From NCBI GenBank assembly GCA_964566145.1, contig CAZMHN010000001.1, positions 16,945-80,944 of the forward strand: DNA of 64,000 bases, written 5' to 3'. The notes under the pieces were generated by a model. It worked only from the letters and a program-made list of their open reading frames with translations, was not told the origin of the DNA and searched no databases. This document shows, piece after piece, positions 39,299 to 48,300 of the stretch (position 1 is the first letter of the stretch; each line of letters starts with the position of its first letter). The translations under genes and the position numbers were made by a program. Source of the DNA: an uncultured Gammaproteobacteria bacterium (GTDB lineage: Bacteria > Patescibacteriota > Patescibacteriia > Veblenbacterales > UBA10138).

Positions 39299-41254
39299 CT
39301 AGAATCTGAGCTTACTATTAAAATCGACTACGGCATTGAACTCAGCCTCGGTCAGCACCTTCTCCCCAAGGCTCTGGTGTGCCGTGATGACCTGCGCCAC
39401 GGGCTTTTCCTGTTCTATGCTCTCCCGCCCGAGGGCAATGTACTGGCGATAGACCGGGCTCATGTGCCAAGCCTTCACCGCCTCAATGCGCCTGGCGATC
39501 GACGTTTCCCCGATGAGATCTATCTTGGCGCGTACCTTACGGAATGCCTCGGTCGGCGTGGCGCCCAGACGGCGGAAATCGACCAATGAAAGCGTCATGA
39601 GCTCATCGAGAGGACCCACCACCTTAGGCGGGGCTTTCACGTCCATAAGCTGAGGACGCACCGTCTCGCGCGTCGAGGCGGCTACCGCAGGCGCTTTGGT
39701 CTGTAGCTCCCTGAGCATCTGCTGGCGCCACTCCTCGGCCTTCCCGGCATCGAAAGCCGGCGCGGACGGCCTCTGCGGGGGCGCGGATGCGCCCAGCGGC
39801 GGGCGGGGGGGCAACGGAGCGCCTGCTGGCGGGGCTACCGGCTCCGCCTGCGGCTTCACTTCGCCCCTTGTCAAGCGTTCGCCGAATTCGCGCTTGGCCG
39901 ATTCCATTATGCCTATGACCTGCTCAGCCTTGCTTGATTCCAGAGCCAAGCCGCCGGTCTCGGCCGGCTTCAACAGCGCCTCGCGCACCTCCACAGTCCC
40001 GCGGACATCTTTGAGGCGCGACACGAACAGCTGAATGAACCGCCGCTTATTCACGTCATCCTTGAAAGCCAGGCTGTTCTTCTGTATCACTTCATCGGCA
40101 TAGCGCCGCAACTCCTGTTCCAATGTCAAAGACCCCTCCGTCTTCTCACGGTGCTTATCAGCCTCGCGCTCATCCTCCAGGTCGAAGAAGAACGCCGGTC
40201 GGGCCGTCTTCATGGCCTGTGGCGTGGGCTGAAGCGGCACAATAGGCAAGGTTTCCGGAGGCGGCACGAACTTGGTCGGCACTACGGGCTGGGGAGAGGG
40301 TATGCCTCCCTCCGTCTGTTCAGCCGGCTGGCTGGGTGCGGGAGGAGCCAACGACAAAGATGTTCTCTCCTCGACCAGCTCTCGCTCGGTCATCGGAATA
40401 ACAGGTTGTCGTGTTTGGCTCACTGGCGGAACTTGCACACCGATAGTCTGTTCCTGTTCTTCTCCCGGCGTCTCAGCCGCGCTCCGCGCTCCGCCGGCAT
40501 TCCTTATCTTATCAATTATGTCGTCCGGTTCTTTAGGCAGAGTGCGCACCTGGCCTTTGTCTAAAATCACCTTTTCCCCCTGATTCACGAAGGTAACGCG
40601 CTCCTCGAGCCCCTCTGGCGTAAGCGACGACAATTGCAAGTAGTCAAACAAACCCAGCAGAGAACGCAAAACTGCACGCTGTGCGCCATCTAGCGCCATA
40701 ACGGCGGAGTTCTGGCTCAAATACTGCCCGCGCTTATAGGCGTCGATGGTGCTGGCGCCGGCGAAGTTCCTGTAATCGCGCAACCAATCTCCTACGGTGC
40801 GCACCGCTTGAGATTCATTCGTCTTGTCGCCAAGCGATTCCACGTTTTCCATGAGGGCTTGGACCAGCTGTTTCTTGTGCGCATCGCGCTGTTCATGCAG
40901 AATAATCCCGACCAGCCTGGCTTCCACCTTATCCTGCACATCCATATCAACATCCGTCAGGCCCGTCAGCGCTCCGTCACGGAAAAGCTCTACGGCATCT
41001 TTATCCAACAGAAAAGGCAGGCATAAAAATCCAAGCCGCTTTCTGAGTTTCTGATAGGTCATCCACAGCGACTGCTCCTGCTTTAGGCCTGTTGCCCCAG
41101 CCAAAGCTTGCGAAAGCGCCTTCCATAACTCATACCCCTTCGCCATGTCGCCCTGGCCGACGACAAAATCAACGTATCGGCCCAACAGATCGCAAAAATC
41201 CGTTGAGGATAAACGCTGAGCCAGTGCTTGGCTTGAAAAATTATCCTCCGGCAT
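39299..41254 (-). CDS. Hypothetical cytoplasmic protein with Pro-rich linkers
   Basis: 651 aa; no TM or signal peptide; three apparent globular blocks separated by Pro/Ala/Glu-rich linkers; tightly packed in the operon. Confidence 0.8.
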   Translation of the reverse strand: MPEDNFSSQALAQRLSSTDFCDLLGRYVDFVVGQGDMAKGYELWKALSQALAGATGLKQEQSLWMTYQKLRKRLGFLCLPFLLDKDAVELFRDGALTGLTDVDMDVQDKVEARLVGIILHEQRDAHKKQLVQALMENVESLGDKTNESQAVRTVGDWLRDYRNFAGASTIDAYKRGQYLSQNSAVMALDGAQRAVLRSLLGLFDYLQLSSLTPEGLEERVTFVNQGEKVILDKGQVRTLPKEPDDIIDKIRNAGGARSAAETPGEEQEQTIGVQVPPVSQTRQPVIPMTERELVEERTSLSLAPPAPSQPAEQTEGGIPSPQPVVPTKFVPPPETLPIVPLQPTPQAMKTARPAFFFDLEDEREADKHREKTEGSLTLEQELRRYADEVIQKNSLAFKDDVNKRRFIQLFVSRLKDVRGTVEVREALLKPAETGGLALESSKAEQVIGIMESAKREFGERLTRGEVKPQAEPVAPPAGAPLPPRPPLGASAPPQRPSAPAFDAGKAEEWRQQMLRELQTKAPAVAASTRETVRPQLMDVKAPPKVVGPLDELMTLSLVDFRRLGATPTEAFRKVRAKIDLIGETSIARRIEAVKAWHMSPVYRQYIALGRESIEQEKPVAQVITAHQSLGEKVLTEAEFNAVVDFNSKLRF

Positions 41255-41255
41255 A

Positions 41256-44200
41256 CTAAACGGACCTACCTTTCATAATATTCTCAATGTTCGCAAACGC
41301 GCCTTCGCCTTCTCCAGTGCCTGCGAATTCCTTCAGCTCATCCAAAAATTCCCCGTATTCTTTCAACTTATCCGGACTCACAAAACCCTTCCGCGCAAGC
41401 TCCTCAAGCTGTTGCACGTTGTCGCCTGACGTCAGGTTGACCGCCAGGTTCACATTGAAGCGCTCTTTCTTCAATTGCTCCCGCATGCCCTCCCATTTCT
41501 CTACGAAATAGGCCTTGCCGAAATCATTTATCTGAAAGCCCCTCTGTCCGCTCACGGCGTACGCCTTGGCGCGCTCTTCGGCTGAGACATCAGGCGGCAG
41601 GTCAGGGGCCGGAGTTTCTGAACCCCAGGCCAGCCTGTTGGCTTCGCGCAAGAACCTTTCAAAGTCCACCTTGCGAACTTCGGCGAGGACCTCCTTCATC
41701 CTGTCGCCTTCATCCTGCCACTCCATTTTTCCGTTCTCTACTTTCACAGCCCTGGCGGCGCCCCAGTGCTTCACGCCCTCCGCTATATAGCTCGCGTCAC
41801 TGCCTATGGAAAGCGCCTGTTCTCGAGCCATGCCCAATTTCTTGATGAATATCTCCTCAATGAACTGGCGCATGCCGGTGGCGTCCGATTTGAAACCGAA
41901 TTCGTTCTGTATCTCATTCTCGTTCCCATACTTGGTGGCCTTCAGGTATGCGGCCGCGGCCCTGGTTGTATCGCCGACTTCAATCGCGTCTCTCATTATT
42001 TTATGGAGCTCCTGCCAGTTGTCAGTCTGCATCTCGCTCATCTCTTTGTTGATCTCAGTCCGCTGCTCACGGCGAATCTCATAATCGGTCGCCGGGGCGT
42101 ACTCGTTGGCTTGCCGCAATTCTTCCTGCATCTCTTCATTGAGTTTGGCGATGCGTCCGGCCGCAGCCGCCCTGTCCACCTCGCTCGTGTATGAACTTTT
42201 TGCATCCGCCTCGGCCTCGTCTGCCTCATGGCGCAGCTTCGTCACCCGCGCCGCCTTATCCGATTTTTCTTCGGCCGAAAGCCCAGGATGCTGAAGGCCT
42301 CCTATGAGCGCTTCCACTCGGCGTATCTCTTTGTCATCTCCTGCCAAAGCCTCTTGTTGTTGTTTAGGCAACAGCCCTTGAATCCTCAGCTGCCTCGCCT
42401 TAGCCTCGCGCGCCTGTTGCAGGCTAACGAGTTTCTGCGTGAGTTCCTCAAGCCGCTTGTTGCGGGTTTCCATTTGATCAGGCAACAAACCCTTATTATC
42501 GGAAATGGCTTTGGCCTGCTGGCGCTTGCTCATGGCCAGCCCCACCAAGCGCTCCCGCTCCATCCGCTCGACCTCTGCGGGACTCTTGCCCTCATACTGG
42601 CTGAAGCTCGCAGCGTACTGCTGTTTCTTCTTTTCGACTGCTTTCTGGATTTCATCTGCTTCTTTCATCAGCTTGGTCTTCGCTTTCGTATCATCCGTAG
42701 CCCCGGCCAACTCCACCTTTTTCCCGTACTCTTTTTCCAATCTAGCAATGTCTTTCTTCTCGCGTTCCATCTTCTGGAAAATCACATCAGACTTGTTCGG
42801 CTTTGCCTTGCCGGAAAGAGCCGCCATTTGCTGCCTTATCTCGTCGGCGCGTTGTTTGTGCCTGAGGTATGTCTTTCCGGTAATATCCCCTGCTCGGAAT
42901 GAGGCGACCTTGCCCAAATTCTTCAGATTCCACTGATGGGTAAACAGATGGGCGGGCGAGCCAAGCGCCTGCAGTACCCTGCCCTTCTCCACCCTGTCCA
43001 AATACACCGACTGCTGTCTGGTCACGCGGTCGGAGGCGCGCTTGGCCACGCCCTTTTGCCAGCCCTCCTTCCATTTCTTGAGCGATCCCTCAACACCCAA
43101 TCGCGATGTGGCCTCTTCCCACAAGAACTTGCCAGTACCCTTCGCCCCCTTGCCGGCCAACACGGCCGCCCCGCCAGCCAGTCTCAATGGCGCCTTGGCA
43201 ATTGAGGCTCCGGCGCCTTGAATCTTGGCCATGGCCTTGCCCGCCAGCTGACCGCCCATCACTCCCAACTGCTGGGTCATCCACAAGCCGCCCATCAGAA
43301 GGATTATGTTGACGATGAAAGACAGCAGCACTTCGGACTGTCCAATCTCAGTTATGGCCGCCGCGGGAATGCTAAGGTCATCCACTCCCGCGGCCTGATT
43401 GGCCGTGAAATCCCCGAGAGCATTAGTGCTGAACTGCATCACTGCCAAAGACAGCCACAGGAAGAATGCCAGAATCGGTCCGGTCGAAGCGTACCTGCCA
43501 AACTGATCCCACCACATTGATGAGTACTTCTTGGCGTCGCCCGGGAAAGCCGAGAGTACGTAAGCTATGGGTGAGACAATGACGAGGAACCACAGCGCCA
43601 CGATGCGGATTAGGAACACCATGAGATACACCGCCACCACAACAGTGGTGATGATTATGGTGATAAGCGCCAGCATGGCGGCAAACAAGAACGACTCGCC
43701 GCTCGCCTCGGACGTTCCCTGCTCCGCGAATTTGAATATCTCGGCCAAGTGGAACCCCTGTACAAAGTTGCCTGCGGCGGCCTCCTTGAACCCGTTCACG
43801 AAAGTGAGCATGACCACCTGGGCCACGTCGATGAAGAAACCCGTGATAGCCTTGGAGAAATTTACCAGCACGGCCATGATGAGGAGCTTGCCCAGGAGCT
43901 TCTTGTACTGGTACTCCTCGATGCGGAACACACTGCCAAAGGCGATAAGCAGCAGAATGACGACGAAGAACATGTTGGATATGTCCCTCACGATGACCCA
44001 TCCCTTCTTCACCGCCTCGGCGTTGATGAAATCGTTGTATTGCGCCACCTCTATGAGGAGCCCAATGAGCGTGAGGGTGAGCTTGCCCAAAAAGCTGGCA
44101 ATGGCCAAAATGATGCCTGCAAAAAATCCCGCCACCGCACTGGCGATTTGAGCATTGGCCGCCACGGGAACGAGCGCCGCCAGCACCGCAAGCACCGCCA

Positions 44201-44273
44201 TGGCGGTAAGCCAGGCGGGTCGGTGCGCTATGCGGCGAGCGTATGCTGCCAATCGGGCGAATGTACTGCCCAT
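41256..44273 (-). CDS. Extended VirB6/TrbL-like polytopic membrane protein with a long charged helical tail
   Basis: About 340 aa multi-TM N-terminus (VRDISNMFF, LVNFSKAIT, RIVALWFLVIVSPIAY) followed by about 660 aa K/E/R-rich sequence. Confidence 0.75.
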   Translation of the reverse strand: MGSTFARLAAYARRIAHRPAWLTAMAVLAVLAALVPVAANAQIASAVAGFFAGIILAIASFLGKLTLTLIGLLIEVAQYNDFINAEAVKKGWVIVRDISNMFFVVILLLIAFGSVFRIEEYQYKKLLGKLLIMAVLVNFSKAITGFFIDVAQVVMLTFVNGFKEAAAGNFVQGFHLAEIFKFAEQGTSEASGESFLFAAMLALITIIITTVVVAVYLMVFLIRIVALWFLVIVSPIAYVLSAFPGDAKKYSSMWWDQFGRYASTGPILAFFLWLSLAVMQFSTNALGDFTANQAAGVDDLSIPAAAITEIGQSEVLLSFIVNIILLMGGLWMTQQLGVMGGQLAGKAMAKIQGAGASIAKAPLRLAGGAAVLAGKGAKGTGKFLWEEATSRLGVEGSLKKWKEGWQKGVAKRASDRVTRQQSVYLDRVEKGRVLQALGSPAHLFTHQWNLKNLGKVASFRAGDITGKTYLRHKQRADEIRQQMAALSGKAKPNKSDVIFQKMEREKKDIARLEKEYGKKVELAGATDDTKAKTKLMKEADEIQKAVEKKKQQYAASFSQYEGKSPAEVERMERERLVGLAMSKRQQAKAISDNKGLLPDQMETRNKRLEELTQKLVSLQQAREAKARQLRIQGLLPKQQQEALAGDDKEIRRVEALIGGLQHPGLSAEEKSDKAARVTKLRHEADEAEADAKSSYTSEVDRAAAAGRIAKLNEEMQEELRQANEYAPATDYEIRREQRTEINKEMSEMQTDNWQELHKIMRDAIEVGDTTRAAAAYLKATKYGNENEIQNEFGFKSDATGMRQFIEEIFIKKLGMAREQALSIGSDASYIAEGVKHWGAARAVKVENGKMEWQDEGDRMKEVLAEVRKVDFERFLREANRLAWGSETPAPDLPPDVSAEERAKAYAVSGQRGFQINDFGKAYFVEKWEGMREQLKKERFNVNLAVNLTSGDNVQQLEELARKGFVSPDKLKEYGEFLDELKEFAGTGEGEGAFANIENIMKGRSV

Positions 44274-44376
44274 GGGGTTCGTTTTAGATGGGACGGCCGA
44301 TAATTCTAACGGCCAATGTATTACGTGGCTAAATCCTAAGGAATTTTATCACGTTCATGCCTAAAAAGATATATAT

Positions 44377-44405
44377 ATTATAGCATAAATTACTCCTTTG
44401 TGCAA
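44377..44405 (-). promoter_or_regulatory. Sigma70 promoter of the virB6-to-pilin operon
   Basis: TTGCAC-N17-TATAAT with extended TG, on the minus strand. Confidence 0.75.
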
Positions 44406-44419
44406 GAATACATAAATCA

Positions 44420-44448
44420 TTGACAGCTATTCGTCGAGGCCATAGGCT
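44420..44448 (+). promoter_or_regulatory. Putative promoter of the lipoprotein gene
   Basis: TTGACA-N17-TAGGCT. Confidence 0.6.
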
Positions 44449-44496
44449 TGAGGCAAACTAAAACCAACAACAGTAATTTAACAAAAGGAGGCGCCT

Positions 44497-45255
44497 ATGG
44501 AACGCCGCATGATTTGCATGCTTATGGCATGTCTCACTGCACTGGCAATCGCCGCAGGCGGATGCGGCAAAGACGGCGACGGCCCGACCGACCCCTCGCC
44601 GACCCCTGAAAAGCCGGTGCCAGCATCCATTTCATTCTTGGACGAGGGCCCGAACCTTGTCTACTACCGCAACGGCAACTCCATTACCATCAAGGAGCGC
44701 GACAGCATGTACTTCCGCTGCTTCTCATACGATGCCAGCGGAAACATCACCCGGGATACGGTATTCAACGTACTTACATCATCGAACGCCCCCTGCGCCA
44801 TCTACTCCAGGCGTGATTACTACAACTGGCCGTACAAGGTCATGATAACCGGCTCGCTCCCGAGCAGTGCACTCTTGGCAAATACGGCTATCTTATCTGA
44901 AGTACATACTCCGAACAAACAGCCTGTGTCCCACACGCTCAACATTACCGTTACCAAGCGATACATAACCTCGGATACGGAAGTTTGGGGCTTCTCGTCC
45001 TTTCCCTACACCTACGAATCGACCATGTACTTTTTCCAAATCGGCGATTCATTGATATGTGTCGACCGTAACCCTACTGGCAAGGGGCGCGTACAGCAGG
45101 GCCTGCTCCGCTTTGACTGCTCGTTTCCACATCAGCCACCGAGGTCTGACGACATCAAATACTTCGTTGTCAGGTTCACGAACATGAATCAGGCCAACGG
45201 CATGGCCTACAGATTCAACGGCGATTCAATACAAGTCAAGCTGACCCGCAGATAA
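44497..45255 (+). CDS. Putative lipoprotein
   Basis: AAGGAGG SD; signal peptide ending IAAGG-C; GPTDPSPTP linker; beta-rich body. Confidence 0.8.
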   Translation: MERRMICMLMACLTALAIAAGGCGKDGDGPTDPSPTPEKPVPASISFLDEGPNLVYYRNGNSITIKERDSMYFRCFSYDASGNITRDTVFNVLTSSNAPCAIYSRRDYYNWPYKVMITGSLPSSALLANTAILSEVHTPNKQPVSHTLNITVTKRYITSDTEVWGFSSFPYTYESTMYFFQIGDSLICVDRNPTGKGRVQQGLLRFDCSFPHQPPRSDDIKYFVVRFTNMNQANGMAYRFNGDSIQVKLTRR

Positions 45256-45260
45256 CGAAC

Positions 45261-45300
45261 CCCCGTCCCATCGCACGCGATGGGACGGGGTATTTTATTT
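45261..45300. terminator. Terminator between the convergent lipoprotein and giant-protein genes
   Basis: CCCCGTCCCATCGC-ac-GCGATGGGACGGGG followed by TATTTTATTT. Confidence 0.8.
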
Positions 45301-45310
45301 CTTAGACAAT

Positions 45311-48300
45311 CTACGAACCTGTGTTGTCTATGGTAATGGTTCCCCCGAATGGCAGCCAAGCGCCGATATTGCTCAGCTCACAGTCGTTCTTCCACATACC
45401 GCCCGCTCCCCCTCGGCACCACTCCCAGTTGTCCTGAACCAGCACCTTAGGCGCGAACGTGCACGTTTCGCCTGACGGGCAGACGTAAACCTTGGTGAAG
45501 TTGAAATAACCGGTAACCGCAGACGTATCCTCAATGCACGCGCGCGGATCATCGCCCCAGTTATAACCAGCTTCTTCCGGTTCTTTGCAGTCATGCTTCC
45601 TGTTCTTGAATTTGCCCTGCGAGCCGGACAAAGGCGAGCCGTCGTCCCAATCCACCAGCACTCTATTCAAAGGCATTTGTTCTCCGTTCGGATTGTAGGC
45701 GTAGAACGCCACCGACACGCCGTCGCCTGAGTCAATGGTCAAGTTACTGCCTGGCGCGTAAGCCCTGCCGCCGGAAACTATGGTGAACCCAGCCCCTCCT
45801 CCCTCGCCTGTGGGGCGGCCAAGATTATCGAACAATACCGGCTTTATCTCCGGGGCCGCCGGCACGCCAGGGGCCAAGGACCCCAGGGCACTGCCGCTGA
45901 CGTCGCTATCGGTCATGAGCCTGTCCCACCGGTTGTCCTGGTACCTGTACCTATTGAATTCCTTGGCAAAAATCTCGTTCAAACTCTCGCGCCCGGCCGT
46001 CCCGGTGTTGGAATTCATGCCGGTCAAATTCTCGCATGTCCCGCCTCCGGAACAGCTGGAATTATTGAGACAGCTCTCCCCGTCGCGCGCACCGCCGTTG
46101 CATATGCCGCTGAAGTAACCCATGCATATGCCGGAGTTATAAGTGTCGCTACAGTAAGATGAATTGTCGCAATTCTGGTACAGCCTGTCCGCTCGGCCGG
46201 CAATGCACATGCCGGCGTTACCCGTACCTGTCGGCGGCACGCACGTTCCGGTGGACGGAGGAGCTACGGTACAGCTGGTATAGGCAGGCGTGGCGCAGTC
46301 ACTGTTTATCTCGCAGGGTGCACCGCCGGCCGTACATTGGCCCCAGACGCCATTACCAGGGTCTTCGCCCTCGCATGTATTCGCCGGACAATCAGAATCA
46401 GCCTGACAGCTTGCCCCTCCCACATTGCATGAGCCACCCAACTGAATAGTACACTCCGCATCGTCAACACAAGACCTGCCTATGGAATTACTGCAGGTGC
46501 CGGCGTTGCTTGCCGCGACCGTACCGCAATTCCCAGAGCAAGAATACGGCGTGGAAATCTTCAGCACCTGCCTGCCTCCTATGGAAACCTGCTGATTGCT
46601 GTCTGTCACGTACATGAGCTGGCCGGTAGGCGTGCCGCTCAAAGGAAGCTTGCCGTAGAAAGCGTCCGGACGGTAGTTCCAGAAGTTCAATGTGCTGGGC
46701 GGCACGTTGTAATCCGTGCGCCTGAGCACTCTGTCGGTCCAGGCTTTGTCAGACACGTTGGTAGAGGTCTGAACTGTTTCAGTGCAGTACTCCCTTAGCC
46801 TAATACCTGTAGTCATCGTGGCGCCGCCTGAGTCACCCGAACCGTCACCCACCATGACGTTGTAGCCTAGGAAGGCCTTAGTAGCCGCATTGAAAACTGC
46901 TTTGATAACGGCATAGTCATCCGGACCGCCGATACAGCTACTAGGGCCTGCTGGAGCCTGCAAAGCATCACCGCTAAGGCTGTTGCAAGCCGCGGTCACT
47001 GACGGGGTTCCGCTGGAACCGCCGCCGCACCAGCTGCTATCCTCATCCAATTGGAAATTACCATTGATGTACTGCCCGCCGCCCAGGCCGCTACCGTAAT
47101 ATCCAACCATGTGCACGTCTATGCTTTCAACATCAGACAGAACTATGCCTTGCTCGCTGGTCTCTGCCGGCACATTGAACAACGCACAAGTGTTCACCGC
47201 GCCCGCAATTGTAAATCCTTCACCCGCGCAGTACCAGTTATCCCCGCCCACTACCCCCCATCGGCCTGACGGACATAGCTGGCCGTTATGTGCGCCCACG
47301 AGATAAGCTGATGTCCCTCCTTTCCGGTTGCCCTTGGCCTCACTGCAGTAGTAAGTACTGCCGCCCTGGTACCCGGCTTCGGGCGAGTAATCGTACACGG
47401 AGATCTCGCCCCCGACGGCGTCTGTCGGGTACCATGTCAAGCAGGCATAGTCCGTAGCGCTCCCGGCGTTGATGACGCGGGAAGTGTCTTTCTCGACGCA
47501 ATACCCGCTCTGGCCGTAGGCTATGTCACGCCGCTTTATTCTGCTCATGAGCGGGGCGCCGTCTATCCCTTCGTCCACCGCCACCATCTCGTCCACCTGG
47601 CTGGAACTTATGCTGTAGAACACCTGTTCTCCGCCTGAATAGGCCACACGCTGGTACGAACACTCGCACACCTCGCCAGGCTGGCACACGTTCGCCTGCG
47701 AGAACCCACTGGCCAGCCTCTCGGGCAACTCTATGTAATAATCGTCGCCTGGATTTGGACAGACGCCGCCCTGGCAAGGCGATTTCCATTCGCTGGCAAT
47801 GGCCGCGGGGAAAGGCGCGTCGGCCTGGGGATAAATACGGCACTGCCTGGGCGCCACATTATCCAGGAATTCACCCGGCCCTTCGCCGTTTATGCCCCTA
47901 TCGCGATACTCGCAGTAAGTGCCGTCGCTGCACCTGGACCCTAGCGTACTGCACTCCCGGCCAGCGACAGCCAAACCGTTGCAATACAGCCCGCCTGTCC
48001 TGTCCTGATAGGTCACCTTGTAATCCGGTCCCTGCTGGTCAGTGGAATAGTTCTTCTGCGTCAAGGCATCCAACGGGTACACGTTAGCCATTGAGTAGCC
48101 CGAATACTCTGGGTCGTCCCAGTTCCTGGGTTGGCGCTGATACCAAGCCAAACTATGGACCTGCGGGGTGGAATCATTCGGCTGCCAGCTTCCGCTGAGC
48201 CAGTTGCCGCACCGCGCAGATGATCCGGTGCCGGTGCCTGCCAGGCTGTTGCAGGCGCCCAGGCTGTAGCAAATGCTGTCGAAAGTGTTGGATTGCGGGT

